In this document: positions 12,690 through 25,806 of the stretch, piece after piece
Layout: each line of letters begins with the position of its first letter
How positions within the stretch are numbered: position 1 is the first letter of the stretch
DNA from: Macrostomum lignano
Lineage: Eukaryota
Direction: 5' to 3'
Length of the DNA: 64,000 bases
Assembly (NCBI GenBank): GCA_002269645.1
Contig: NIVC01002815.1
Coordinates: forward strand, 1-64,000
The notes under the pieces: generated by a model
What the model was told of the DNA's origin: nothing
Seen by the model: only the letters and a program-made list of their open reading frames with translations
Database searches by the model: none
Translations under genes and position numbers: made by a program

Positions 12690-14063
12690 CTACGCCAACT
12701 GAGAATCTCTAGACCGCTCGTAGGGCAAAAACGAATACGTGATATTCATTCGATAGCACTTCACAATCAGTTTGTACACAGTGTGCCTGCTTTTAATTTG
12801 AACGCTCATAGCCGTGAAGAATGCCAAGAAGAATAGAATGCCGGACACAAGAGTCAAGGCTTCGTAGCCAGTCAGAACCAGCGGAGTCGGCGGCGGTTGG
12901 TGCGGATGCTGCGGCGGCAGAGGTTGCTGCTTTGAAGCGGCTTCCGAGGCCGCGCCAGGCGACGCAGAAGCAGACGAAGCAATAGAAGAGGAAGAAGCAG
13001 AAGTCACCAGCTGCTGCTGCTGAACAGGCCGGTCCCGATCGCGCACAAAGCACATGACCGTGATCACAGCGCAAGCGGTCATGACTAGCAGACAGAGCAA
13101 GAAGATGAGATGCAACACTCGGTCTCCTCGCGACACCCGAGGCATTCTCCAGCCGCCGTTAGCGGCCAAGCTGAATTTCGCCCGCCGCCTGTACTCATAA
13201 TTACACAGCTCGCATCGCGGCGGCGACCTGCCGTTTCGTCGGCGACCGCCTCGATGCCGACGGCGACGTTCGGCTTCAGCGGCCGGATCGAGGGAGCGGC
13301 GGATCCTGGCTGAGGCTTCAATCCATTTGGCTAGGCAGGCCGGGTGCACGTGCTGCAGGGTGCCGGAGCAGCGGCATGGCGACAGCAGCAGCCGGTTGTT
13401 CGCGCCGCTGACGCTGGCCGCGCCGCCACCGCTGCTGGCCTCGTCGCCTGGCAGATGGCAGATCCGGCAAAACGGCTTAGAGGCGCGGCCGCCCCCGCCC
13501 TGGCCTAGTAGCGACTCGTAGCTGGAGTATTCCGAATCATCCGGTAGAGGATATTTCGGGCGGCCAGTTGGGAAGCTGCCGCCGGCGCAGCCGCCGCTAG
13601 TGCCAGCAATGGCTACAGACGGCGTTACAGTTGGCTGCTTTGACTGCTGCTCCAGCAGCTGCATCTGTTGGCAACCGGCCGAAGAGGAACAGCAATTAAT
13701 AATTAATGACTCAGGCCAGGCCGTTGCTGTGGAAACAGAGATACCGGTGGCAGCAGTGGTCTCAGCAGACGAAGATTGACCAGCCTCAAGCGAAGACGGC
13801 ATCGGCGCAATGACCGACATGGGGAGTACAACAGATGCAGAAGCGGCATTGCGAACTGACGCCCCAATAGCTGCAGTTTCATTGATGTCATCAACGTGCT
13901 GCTGCGGATGCTGTCGGTGTTGGTTGCGACTGCTGCCACTTCGATCACGCCGGCGCTGCCTGCTGCGGTGACGGTGGCGACCAAGACTGCTACTGCTGCG
14001 GCTGCTGTCGCTGCCACTACTGCTAGAGTAGGTCTCGGAGCCACTGCTGCTGATATCGGCCAT
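12690..14063 (-). CDS. MARCH-family RING-CH (C4HC3) transmembrane E3 ubiquitin ligase, 457 aa, single exon
   Basis: CRICH...[23 protein letters not shown]...CELC, followed by two TM helices ([24 protein letters not shown]; [20 protein letters not shown]). Ser-rich N-terminus. Orthology within the MARCH family is not assignable. Confidence 0.9.
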   Translation of the reverse strand: MADISSSGSETYSSSSGSDSSRSSSSLGRHRHRSRQRRRDRSGSSRNQHRQHPQQHVDDINETAAIGASVRNAASASVVLPMSVIAPMPSSLEAGQSSSAETTAATGISVSTATAWPESLIINCCSSSAGCQQMQLLEQQSKQPTVTPSVAIAGTSGGCAGGSFPTGRPKYPLPDDSEYSSYESLLGQGGGGRASKPFCRICHLPGDEASSGGGAASVSGANNRLLLSPCRCSGTLQHVHPACLAKWIEASARIRRSLDPAAEAERRRRHRGGRRRNGRSPPRCELCNYEYRRRAKFSLAANGGWRMPRVSRGDRVLHLIFLLCLLVMTACAVITVMCFVRDRDRPVQQQQLVTSASSSSIASSASASPGAASEAASKQQPLPPQHPHQPPPTPLVLTGYEALTLVSGILFFLAFFTAMSVQIKSRHTVYKLIVKCYRMNITYSFLPYERSRDSQLA

Positions 14064-16172
14064 GGCTTTGAGTAGCTTAGTATTTATATTTTTTGGAGTT
14101 AGTTATCCAGTTCTCTAGCTCTGCTGTTGGCAAGTTCAGGTCTCACTGTTCAAAAAATTCTTGGAGATCTGAGGAAGTGGGAAGAAGCGAAGAGTTATTC
14201 AGACTTTTTAAAAATGATCAAGCACTAGAAGTAAAATAATACAGAGCATTACAAAACAAATTTTACAATTTCTTGCTTTGTTTAACAATTAGATTATGCA
14301 CTTGAAGGGAAGAAAGAATGAAGGCAAGAAAGTAAGGAAAAAGAGGAAAAAATAAAAATGAAAGAAAAGAAGCAAATACCAAGTTATAGCATCCAACAAA
14401 AGGTATTTATATTGCAGCCAGAGGCAACTAATTTGCAGTCTGTAATAACTAATTTGTAGCATGTGACAAATAATCTGCAGCCTATAACAACTAAGTTTAA
14501 ATCAGAAGGTATTCATTGAATATAAACAATTAACAAAAAGATTATTCATAGTCAAAAACCATACATTTTTTTAATTTGAGAATAAAGCTTTTTTATGAGT
14601 AGGCTTAAACAAGAAAGTTAGTTGTAGTTGATCAACTTTGGCAAATAGTTTATGGGAGAGTTTAATAAAAAGGGATAAAAAAGTCACTTATGCTTAAAAG
14701 CTTAAGTAAAATTAATTCCATTCATTATAATTATACTTATATAACACAAAGTTGGATGCCATCACTGATATCAAATGAGCTACCAAACTATATAACCAAT
14801 GTATAAGAAATCAAACTTGATATACAAATTATGATTATATGAATTGATAACATTGTGAACATGCCTTTAGCAACTATTATGTTTGTTTAAATTGTGCTCA
14901 ATCAAGTTCTTAAATTTGATCATTGGTAGAACTATCCTTGATCATTCCATTATACTTCGTATAAATATATAAATATATAATCAAGCTCAATTGTGAGTTT
15001 TCAATGTTCAAATATGTATTTGCAAGGTGGTCAATGAATTTTTTGTTAAAAGCTATATTAGGCCTAATAATATAGTGTATTTTCTATTATTTTTTGCTAA
15101 ACTGATCACTTTCTTTTATCAAAATAGGGTTTATGTATTTATTTTTTATAAAAACAGAAATTCACTTTTACCAAAATGTCTTTTGCCAAAATTTCTTTAT
15201 GACTGGTTTTTCAGTTCCAGTTCCCAAATCGTACTTTAAAATCCCGCCGTAACGGAATAACTTACAACGCGTATTAAAACAAATGTTTACTGCTTTATGA
15301 ATGAAGTTGACATTAATGTTTTAAAAAATGAATAAAATACAATATAATTGAAACATTTTCTTATTTAATTTATATTTTTTGGTAGAAACAAGTACTATTA
15401 TAGAGGCGAATATTAAAAAAACCATGGTTCGATCTCAGAGCTCAGCTCAATCTAGATCATTATCGTTGTGTGATAATGTGACGATAACAATATGAAGTAA
15501 GAACTCTTCTAAATATGATAAAAATAAAAAATTAATATGCAGAATGAATAAACAAAGAAACTAGTAGACATTTATAAAAAATGTTTTGTTATTTTTACAC
15601 TTGATAAAGACAGTAGTTAACTACAATTAAGTTAACTGCAATTACTTTTGAGACAGGCATTAATAGTAGCTCTAACACTTTTAAATTTTACTCGTTTCAT
15701 GTTTGCCTTTCTTAGAAAACCTTTATTCAATTCCGCGCGAAGTATATATATTTGTTTAAATGTTGTGTTTTGCAAAAATATTTCCGCGATCATCATTTTG
15801 TTTAAATTGTAACGAATTTCTGTATAAATAGACGTGCTGAGCAGGATTGAAGAGGCAACCATTTGCCGCCTCTCGGTTTCTAATAAGCAAACGTAGTCCA
15901 TTCTAAATATTACAATTGCTCAAAGGCTTAGTCAATTGCTTAGAGTAAAGATCCTCATATTAAGAGTAATACTAGACTGCTAGAAGCGAGAATCACCTCA
16001 GGCAATAACCTCAGAGAGGATATAAACCGCCTCAGGGCAGGAAAGATCACCTCAGGGCAGGAAAAACGCATAGAGCTGTGACCCTCTGATCCAGGGAACG
16101 CCCAGGACTGAGAGATAGTAGAGTTGGACAGTGCCAGTAGACCGCTCAGGCTAAAAGTACAACAGTACATGT

Positions 16173-16253
16173 GTAGACGCTACCAATAGAAGTAGATAAG
16201 TAGACGCTACCAATAGAAGTAGATAAGTAGACGCTACCAATAGAAGTAGATAA
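16173..16253. repeat. 3 x 27-bp perfect tandem repeat GTAGACGCTACCAATAGAAGTAGATAA
   Basis: Copies start at 16173, 16200 and 16227. Confidence 0.95.
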
Positions 16254-16982
16254 GTACATTACGCTACCAATAGTAGTACATTTATACAAAAGTACATTAA
16301 GTAGAGAGGCAGAGGTTTAACTCTAGGACAATTTTAGTGACAACTTGGAACCAGTGGTGGGATTCCATATTGTACAGGAACACCGCTAGCACAGCTTTTA
16401 GTGACAGCTGTGGAATCATTTAGAGACAGAAGAATCACCACTGTAACAACTTGGTGGCAGCTCATAAGATCGGTAACTAGGCAAAGGCTAACGATTAGGA
16501 AGACAGAGCGAACAGGCCTAGCACAGCTTGGTGGCATAACGGTGGGATTCTCATAGAGAGCCAAAAGGCCTAGCACACTTTGAACTCAAAAATATTGTGG
16601 TAAATTAATAAATTAACTAATAGCAATGCAAATAATGGTTTCAATTGACGCCAAAAAAATTGTAAAAGTTAAAGGTCCTTATAAAACATGGGTTTTGAAT
16701 ATTACATGTGAAATAAAAATATTGAGATAAAAGTATAAGATAGGATACATGTAATTTATAAGATTATGATGTTACTTCTCCAGAAGAATATATGTAATTG
16801 TCATAAAAATTCTATCAATAATTTAATATAGTCAATAGGTAAATTAATCCAATAGTGCACCTTCAATTCATTAATCATTAATTAATTGTAATTTCTCTAC
16901 AGACCTTACTAATCTAATTGATCAAATATTAAACATGTAAATATGTTGCACAATTAGATATAATTCTTAACTTGCATGTGAT

Positions 16983-17212
16983 CAGGGGCGTGAGCACGTC
17001 GCTATGGATTTTATGGTGGGGGACAAAGTCAAGAATTCTAAGTGACAAAATTCCTACATTATTTTTTATAGCGGTGTTTTTAACACTCAATTTTATTGCC
17101 ACACAGACACTCATTTTGTTCGCTTTTTCATAGCTTTCACTCAGGCAAGGGGGGATATACGCACAGTTGTCCCGATGTCAGCCCCTGTCCCGCGTGGTGA
17201 CGCGGGCCCTTG
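16983..17212. mobile_element. hAT-type MITE nested in the MULE-like element
   Basis: CAGGGGCG...GGGCCCTTG ends; 8-bp TSD CATGTGAT at 16975-16982 and 17213-17220. Confidence 0.65.
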
Positions 17213-17429
17213 CATGTGATTATGCATTTAAAGGTACAATTTCGTAAAATGAAACAATGTACAAGCTGGAAATAATTGCACATGAATTGAGTCTGTACGC
17301 GCCAGCATGAACCTCGGAAAAATAGGAAATTAAAGTAGTTACAACTCTGTGAAAGGCTCGGCCTTTACTCAGCATTTTTTAGGATTTTTAATTATTATGG
17401 CATTCGATTCAGTGCTAAGAGTAACACTT

Positions 17430-18610
17430 CATTTTGTCCTACGAACCTGTCAAGTCCCCAGCAGCTAGTTGACGCCATCATATCGCTGTATGGTGATATG
17501 TCAGCTCCGCTGGGATATCGGCTCACTGAGATGGTCATATGCCAGCGCCTCAGTCTTTCAGCATGTTGACAAATAGGCCGACACTTTGATGCCACCTCGA
17601 CCAACCTTAATCTAGCGCTGTGCGCCATCAACAGTTAAGGACAGGAGTGTGAGGTCGTCGGCGTAGCCCAGAACTGCTCAGGCGCTTCTTGTTGTGGCGG
17701 CGACCAATGTGTCTGCACAGCAGGAAGCCATCGCCTGCTGAAGGGGGTCCATTCCGAAGCTGCACAATCCATGCCAGGAGCAGCACGAAGAGGAACGGAG
17801 CTAGAATGTGTCGCTCTGTCTAGCACTCCTAAACGAGGTTTCAGACAGGTCAGACAGGCTGTCTGCCGTCACCACAGCGTAATGCTGCGGCGCAGATGGG
17901 CAGACGACCAACCTCGCGCGCTATCAGCAGTTCACCTTGACAGTCTAATGCCCAACGTTGAGGATGAAATTCAGCGATGCAGATCTAGATCGAGAGGACT
18001 TGCCTAGACGGCCTACCAGTCAATTTGCGTCATCCTTCAGTCCAAAGCGCCCTGCCCGATCGTCAGAGCTAGGGCTCGGCTCATGAGACTGTGTTGCTCA
18101 ACAACGCTGCAGAGACGTGGATGTTCAAGGGATGCTAGAATTCGCGCTACTGGATTTTGCGCTAATTGTCTTTTGCACACCAGGATTTTGCACCAATCGG
18201 ATGATTTTAGGCGACTTAAAATTGAATTTGACTGCATCATTTCTCGCGACTTACTTCAAGCGACTAGATTTCGCGCGACGTAGAATTTCATGCGACTGGA
18301 TTTTGCGCGACTGAATTTTGCGCAACTGGATTTTGATCGACTGGATTTAAATCCAGTCGTGTGAAATCCAGTCGCTAGAAAGAAGTCACGCGCTTCAATT
18401 ATAGGTCGTGCGATTTCCAGTTGAGCAAATGCAGTTGCTTGAATTCCAGATCGCGCAAAATCCAGTGGCACGAATTCTAGCATCCCGGCTGATGTTAATG
18501 GCCACGCTGGAGCAACAGCTAAACAATTGGATCACTCGGCCCGTGGGGCTGCTCCTTGCATTCAGTCTGACAAAAGCGTCCTGTCCAAGGATGTGCCATC
18601 ATGCAGCGAG
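17430..18610 (+). mobile_element. Degraded RTE-clade LINE reverse transcriptase fragment
   Basis: Frameshifted peptides in RTE order: QQLVDAIISLY, CGADGQTTNLARYQQFT, LMPNVEDEIQR..RGLA*TAYQSI.VILQS, ETVLLNNAAETW, and after the MITE, MLMATLEQQL. Confidence 0.7.
18126..18490. mobile_element. Foldback-like MITE inserted in the RTE relic
   Basis: About 33-bp near-perfect inverted repeats (GGGATGCTAGAATTCG...TGGATTTTGCG at 18129; reverse copy ends at 18486); flanking GATGTT duplication (18120-18125 and 18491-18496); internal CGACTGGATTTT repeats. Confidence 0.7.
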
Positions 18611-18673
18611 ATGGCGACTCCATCTGACAGATGCTACACAAATTCAAAGTTACAAACCCTTGTAGCTATGAAA

Positions 18674-18990
18674 TTGTACAGTTTCTGACATTTGAACATC
18701 ACGCTATGCAAGATTGGAGATGTGCACTAAAGAAACAGTGAGGTCTGTAAAGCTGATTTTATACATATACACAGATTTCAGATGGTAAATTGCAAAAATA
18801 AAATTGGTTAACAGTCACTGTTTGGTAGGCCTATTTCGTAGTTCTGGGGGTAAAACTATTTGGCCTGTATGCGACATTGTACAGTTTCTGACGTTTCAAC
18901 ATCAGGCTATGCAAGATTGGAGACCTGCACTGAAGCAACAGTAAGGTCTGTGAAGTTGATTTTTTATATATACACAGATTTTAGATGGTA
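18674..18990. repeat. Diverged direct duplication of ~114 bp (copies at 18674 and 18877)
   Basis: TTGTACAGTTTCTGAC...GCTATGCAAGATTGGAGA...TACACAGATTT..GATGGTA occurs twice. Confidence 0.85.
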
Positions 18991-19377
18991 GGGCCTAAAT
19001 CTGAGTTTTGACTAAAAAAATGTTTTACATTCAAGTGTTTTCTGCTAAATTTATCTTTTTGTTATTTTTATCTTATTGGGAACTGGAACTGAAAAACCAG
19101 TCATAATTTCTTTACCAAAATGGGCTATACCCAATGTGGCTTGGGTCACAGTTTTACCTTATTGCAGTTGCAACCAATAGCCATTATTGTAGTCAAGTGC
19201 AAATTAGTCTTTAGTAGTATAATACTGGCATGTTCTAGTGCTCAGGCAGGCATAAGAAAGGGGTATGTCAAATGAATAATAGACTTTAGCTATAATAGAA
19301 CAGTTCTGGCCTTTAGGTTTTTTGCTAAAGACAAAATGAAAAATCATACCTTTTACCAATCTTAAGGTGCAATTATA

Positions 19378-20630
19378 CAGTGTTGGGCACTTCCGTTACC
19401 GAGTAACTTGTAAATGGTAACGCAAGTTACTTTTTCGTAAAGCGTTCCTTACGCAAGTTACTTTCCTATTTTGGTAACGGAGTAACGGTAAGTTACTCAA
19501 ATTTCGGAAGTCCGTTACAGTTACTTTGCAACAATCGCAATATTTAAATTTAAAACTGATATGCTTAGCTATTACGCCAGTTGTCACATTTTTAGCATTT
19601 TTCATTCCTAAATTCAAAACTAAGTGAATAATATCATACGGTATTACGCTGTAATTAATAAAGAAATACTTGAAACATGTTTTTACTTTGTTATTTTCGG
19701 TAAAATATTTTTGCTTTTCGTTTTTAAGTTAATAAAAATATTTTGTTTAGTTCTTAGAAACAAACAACCAAAGAAAGAAATTCATCTGTAGTCTCCACAA
19801 ATCCACTCAGTGATCGACGTAGCCAGGAATTTTAATTGGGGGGGGGCGGGTTGGCCTGGCTGGCCATGCCTCATGTTATTGCCACTTTTAGCGCCGCAGG
19901 CACTCATTTTAGCGCCGCAAGCACTTATTTAAGCGCCGCAGGCACTCATTTAAGCGCCGCAGGCACTCAAATCGCCTCATGGTTTTTGGTACCCGCCACG
20001 CCCAACCCCACCCCCCCAGGTGGGGTGTCTTGCAGGTGGGGTGAAGTTGCCGCCCCAACGATTGTTAAGGCGGCCTCCCTGGCTACACCACTAAAGTCCA
20101 CTGGCACTGCACTGCACTGCACAATAATTTAATATTAATGATAATAATTGAAAATAAATAAAAATACTAGTAAAGCAGACTGTAGAGTGGAGTAAAGCCA
20201 GATACTTATTACGAGCGATGTATTATCAAGGACAACTGAAGTTACGTTAAGTTGTCCTTGTGTATTATAACTTATGTTATTAAAAATTAAATTGCGTTTT
20301 GCCTTTAACATTTCTGACCTTCAGCTTCTCTTCTTTTTACGGAAAGGGCCTAAAGTGATTAAAATTTAATACAGTTACTGAAATTAATGTTGTTGTATTC
20401 TTCCTCCTGGCTTTCGCGATCATTTGTGCTGTTCCATCACATTTGCAATGTTAAAAAAAGCAGAAAATTTTGTTAATAACATAGGTAACGGAAGTAAGTA
20501 ACGGAAGTAACTTAAAAGTTACCGGGTTTTTGTTCAAAGTTACTAGGCTAACGTAAGTTACTTTTTAAAAAGTGGTAACTTAAGTTACAGTAACGCAAGT
20601 TACTTTTTTTGAGTAACTTGCCCAACACTG
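19378..20630. mobile_element. Non-autonomous hAT element (1.25 kb)
   Basis: 12-bp TIR CAGTGTTGGGCA / TGCCCAACACTG; perfect 8-bp TSD CAATTATA (19370-19377 and 20631-20638); many subterminal GTAAC/GTTAC motifs. Confidence 0.85.
19808..20093. mobile_element. GC-rich MITE nested in the hAT element, with 4 x 21-bp internal repeat
   Basis: cagtgatcgacgtagccagg ... cctggctacaccacta termini; GCGCCGCA repeats at 19891, 19912, 19933 and 19954. Confidence 0.55.
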
Positions 20631-23327
20631 CAATTATAAGGATTAGACTTAGAAAATAATTTTTCTTATTAAATGAGGCTTAAGGCTAAGCCTTAAAAGG
20701 AAAAATAGGTTATAAGACCATACTTAAATTGTATTCTACTTTTTTAATTTCAGGGTTTGATTTCAAAATTTAGGGTGCATACACACACTAGACTAGATAT
20801 TATACACAAAACCTAGTGTGACCTATTATTGTATTAAATGGACTTAAATAAACTAAACATGTCATAGTTTATTTGTTTGAATAGTTTTTTTTAATATTTA
20901 AATGGCAAGCATGTTTTATGTTTACAACACTTTTATATTATATATATATAAAAGTGCATACTTGATATACAAGTAACACAATTTAGGCCTAATAAAAATA
21001 AATACATTAGTACATAGCCAGGGCCTTGCTGCCTTTGCAATGCAAAGCACAAAACTGTCTTAATTGAGAATCTGCTAAAATGGTCCTTACCCTTAAATGT
21101 ATGCATTAACATATACATTTAATTTATTTGTGAATTTTAGTGTGGAAAAGCTAAAGATTAGTAAAGATCATTTGGAAGGATCCTACCAAGACTAAGACTT
21201 AGAATTTCTTTATCTAGTTACTGAGTTCCGAGTGCTACAACTTAATGTGGCTTTTTATGGTAGAAGCAATGACTCTCCACAAAACGTAGCAAACGAAATC
21301 ACCATTTTATCAGATTGGTTTCATGACAGACGATACAATTCTTTATTATAAACTCCGACACTATAGTCTAAAATTTTAATTTAAAGTTTTTTATATTTTC
21401 GCAATTTCTGGAATTTGGTAGTTTCTATGAATTCATTTAAATTTAAAATTTATGCAACGAGCAGATAAACATGTTCTTTTGTTAGGCAATGTCGTAATAG
21501 TTATTAAGCAGTCTTTATATTTAAGTAGTTGGCAAGTTGTTTTATAATTTAGATATTGTACAAAAAATCGCATTTTTTAAACAGCTATTTAACAGCTTAA
21601 CATATAGAGTTCTATGTAATGGGAGCCTCTTCACGGCAATCGGTTCTAGAACCAGAACCAGTGTGGAATGAGGAGCTTCGAACCCATTTTATGTTTGACA
21701 GTCTTTACAATTTTATTTTGTCATTCTTTGACTTTGTTTTCTCTTGGATATGACATTAAAAAACGGAATAGTTATATAACAATAATAAAAAATTAACGAT
21801 TTCAAATATATTTTACTATTAAAGTGTAAACATGACAATGGTTCGAGAAAATTTCTCGAACCATATTCCAGAACCAGAACCATGTTCCGAAACTGATTTT
21901 GTTTTTCGAACCATTGATATGAAGAGCGTCGAACCGATTCGGATTTTCGGAACCGGTTCCGTTTTTCAAACCGGCGATATGAATTGAGGCTCTGGGTTGC
22001 ACAGAACTTTCGGGTTTCGGGTTTTAAATTAAAAAAAATTAAATTTTGCCTCAGATAAAATGCTTTCGTAATGCTTTCGCTTTACGAAGAAATTACAGAG
22101 ATTGGCAAAGAAGAAACGAAAAACGAAGAAATTTACAGAGAAAATGCTTTCGTAAAGACCTTCATAACTCCATTTTGCATTTCGATATCGAAGTTGCCAG
22201 CGGCTGTAGTTTTGTAATAATGACTTGTAATACTACTTGTTGTATATCTGAGACCATACTTTGTCACCAACATTGGTTTATAACAAAAATGGTTTGTAAC
22301 AATGGGAATCGGGAATGCTTTGTAGCAAAGATGCTAATCTTTAGCAATAATACATCGTTAACAGCACATGACGTGCAAAACTAAACCAGAAATTTGGACA
22401 CTTCTTAATTTATCCTAAATTACAAATGAACCATCTAGCTTCATGTCTTCGAATAACAGCGGCTTTTCTCTAATGGGCCCCATTACTTTGAAGGCCCCTT
22501 TGGCCTTAGGCCGATGTATGCATGCATTTCAAAGAAAATTAAGTTAAGAAAATTTAGGACTATAGAATAGGCCCTATAGAGTCAATAGGCGCATTCATAT
22601 ACATATTAGGTTTTCCTAACATTCCTAACATAATTCCAACACCCACCCCCACCACCCTTGAATAGAGGGCGAAAATAATTCCGGAAATAATTAAACGAAC
22701 GAAACTTGAAGATTGCCGGTTTTTATTAGGCCCTAGGTTAGGATGATGACAAACTAGGTGTCCTAGGCCTAGGTCTATCACCTAGGTCTATCAGTTAGGC
22801 CTATATGTTAATGTTAGTCTAGGCCTATCTATGGAGGCTTACTAAAATTCTTAACATTCATAGACAGAAAATAATTTGTTTTTGTCTTTTTTAACTAAAA
22901 AATGGAAAAAGTTATGGTATTAAACTAGTATAAAAGTTATTAGGCCGAGTTAATTAACAGTTAAAAATTCTTTAAAAATTTAGAAAATAAGAAAAAAGAT
23001 TTTTGAAATCCAAGATCTATACTTTTGAGTTTTGATATGTTCAAGATTCAAGATTAAGCCTAATTTGCATAGGCCTATAGTAGACCTATTTACACTAATC
23101 TATTTATCAATATTAACTTTATTACTCAGTAAATATATACAATGATGATAATAAAACCAAAAGAAAAACGATGATTGGGCCTATTTAATTTCAATGTTAA
23201 GCTTATAATATTAGTAACTTAAAGTATAAGTATAATAAAATCAACAAGCTTCCAATTTGCTTTATAATTTTATTTTCAAGTTTCAACTGGTATTATAAGA
23301 TAGTGCCTCTGGCTCTAAGCATTAGAT

Positions 23328-24162
23328 CAGAGGTTGGCAACCTTTTTCCATTTGAGGGCCAGATGAGATTTTCTTTATCCTCTAAAATCTGCCTCCTCCT
23401 ATGTTTGTACCCTCTAAAATCCATCCCCTAGGTCTTTAGGCCTATCTCTGACTCTGACAATCTACCCCCTGGGTCTTTATCCTCTAGAATCTATCTACTG
23501 GGTCTTTATCTCCTAGAATCTGCTCCCTAGGTCTTTACCCTCTAGAATCTACTCCTTAGGTCTTTACCTCCTAGAATCTACCTCCATCCTAGGTTTTTAC
23601 CTTCTAATATCTGCTCCCTGGGTCTTTACCTTCCAGAATCTACTATTTAGCATCTGGGTCTTTACCCTCCAGAATCCACCCCTTGGGTCTTTACCCTTTA
23701 GAATTCGCCCCTAGGTATTTATCTTCTAGAATCTATCCCCTTAGGTCTTTACCCTCTAGAATCTGCCCCTTAGGTCTTTACTCTCCAGAATCTACCCCTG
23801 GGTATTTATTACACTACATTTGTACTCATATTATTGGCCTACCGCCACCTCATTTTCCTTTGCCACCAGTTTCTCTATTTCTATTCTATTCAAAAGTTTA
23901 AACTGATTTGCTATTTGTCTAGAGTTTATAAACAGCCACTTACATAGTCAATTCATGTCTTATTACTAATTTATTATTATAGTTGGCAATTGAGAAAAGA
24001 AGTTCCCCATTTTTTGTGCATAAAACTTTTGTGGGAAAACAATGAAGTTACAATAAAGATGCAGGCTAGATTATAATAATTAAGATTAAGGAAGTTCACA
24101 GGCCACATAAAAAGTCTTTGCAAGCCAGATCTGGCCCATAAGCCAGAGGTTGCCCACCCTTG
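23328..24162. mobile_element. hAT/Charlie-like MITE with internal ~29-bp tandem array
   Basis: CAGAGGTTGGCAACC / GGTTGCCCACCCTTG ends; TSD CATTAGAT / CAATAGAT (7/8 match); array (CTCTAGAATCT...GGTCTTTAC)n at ~23430-23800. Confidence 0.65.
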
Positions 24163-25085
24163 CAATAGATAGAGCAGTTTATTATAGAGAAAGAAATAAA
24201 ACAGTAGCTAAAGTGATAGATAAAGCAATAGATAGAGCAATAAAAATAATGATATATAGAATAGTGGATAAAGCAGTAGATTGAGTAATAAATAGAGCAA
24301 TAGATAAACCATCATTTATTAGCCACAATACCAATATTTGTACTCAATCTTGACTTGTTCCAAATCTTTGAGCCATATCAAAGTGACTATTTAGTATTTA
24401 GATTGTCAACTTTCTGATTCTAATTTGAACCAAATATTTTGCCAATTTGATTTTGATTCTAAATGTTCTTAATATTTGTCCTATATCTACTCTAAATTGA
24501 GTCACATCAAGTAAGCAAACAGTTGCCCTAATCCTCACAAAATTTGTATCTATTGACAAGTATGCTAAATATTTGGTCATTTAAAACAAAAATAAAAATG
24601 CATATAATTTTCTGGCATATTTAAGGAAAGTATTACCATAGATTGCATACAAATTTAAGTTGTACAAAAATATTTATTTATTGTATAAAAAGGCCTTCCA
24701 CAAAATCCTTAAACTTTAAGCCTTTCTATGTACACAGAAGCCTATCTGTAAAATACCACTTAATCAACATTAAGTTGGTGTACATATATGAAGGTCAATA
24801 TTAAAAAAATAGGAGCCCAGATATTTACTTTATTTGCACATGTATGAATATTGTTCTATTAAGACTGTAGTTTAATTAATTCAATGACTGTAATTCAAAG
24901 AAAATAGACAGTTTTTATATCCATTTGGTAGTTTTTTGTTGTTGGTAACTAATAATTTAGTAAAGTTTGTTTTACTGTCCTTATGGCTGGATTGCAGCTT
25001 CATTTATTTGTTGAAAGGTATTTTAGCAGATATTTTTATAGCTCATTTTTATTCGTCACGTTTCAGACTATTAAACCTGGACATC

Positions 25086-25806
25086 ATGGACACAAACACA
25101 CCGCGAGAGGTCAAGCCTGGCTTAAAAGGTATTAATTTAACAAAGAATTTCAATCGCAATGCACACAAGAAATCAACTGAGCAGCTCAATCCGCAATTGC
25201 CATTCTTTGTTGACCGCACTGGCATTTGCATTGACACTGGTGGCATTGATGAAGTTGCAGAAGCCACAGTAACTGACAGTTGCAGTTCATCTGTGTTAAA
25301 CTCTGATGCAGCAGTTAATAGCACCTCTCATGTTGCTGATGTTCCTGAAACAGCTGAACCGGCTGAAACAGAGCCTACTACTACCTCGCGTCAAAGGCGT
25401 AAGAGACGTAAAAAAGGTTGGCAAAATGGTGACAGTGACAGCAGCATTGGAGGTATGATTGGCAGCGCAAAGCGTAGAGTTATTGAACAACTGAAGCAGC
25501 TTGCAGGCAGCGAAGAAAGTAGTGCTGCAAATGCAACAATTCCTGCAGATCCACCTGCTATAGCTAGCACTAGTCGCGAAATGCGTTTTCTGCAATCTAT
25601 CAATGATCAATTGGCGGCCTCTATTATTAAAGATGAGCGCAGGCTTGAAAATGAGACTGACGTTAGTGTCCTTGCCGTTGATGGCGATAACGATGATGAT
25701 AGTGTTACTCTGGGCGTCAAGGCAACGGCCCATCATGCGCCAGCTTTCAATCGGGTGCACAGGCGAGATTTGGCCGAGTTTTTGGTCGATATGCGACCGG
25801 ATAAAG
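25086..25806 (+). CDS. ZCCHC7: ZCCHC7-like coding exon 1 (disordered N-terminus)
   Basis: Acceptor tttcag at 25066, ATG at 25086, donor AG|gtaagt at 25807 (phase 1). Confidence 0.75.

Larger units (their letters stand above)
15199..19104. mobile_element. Non-autonomous Mutator(MULE)-like DNA element, 3.9 kb
   Basis: Perfect 29-bp TIRs (15199-15227 and 19076-19104, ATGACTGGTTTTTCAGTTCCAGTTCCCAA); identical 9-bp flanks AATTTCTTT (15190-15198 and 19105-19113); no transposase inside. Confidence 0.7.

Noticed and set aside
16334-16576. ORF with SGVPVQYGIPPL resembling the RT GVPQG motif
   Set aside because: One weak motif with no other ordered RT motifs recognised.
21622-21993. GAACCG-rich MITE candidate with GAGCCTC/GAGGCTC ends
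   Set aside because: The inverted ends are short and no TSD was found; likely a relic, but boundaries are unsupported.
24936-25085. Hydrophobic N-terminal extension of the 309-aa ORF
   Set aside because: It starts at a non-ATG codon in AT-rich intron sequence; an acceptor at 25066 precedes the true ATG at 25086.
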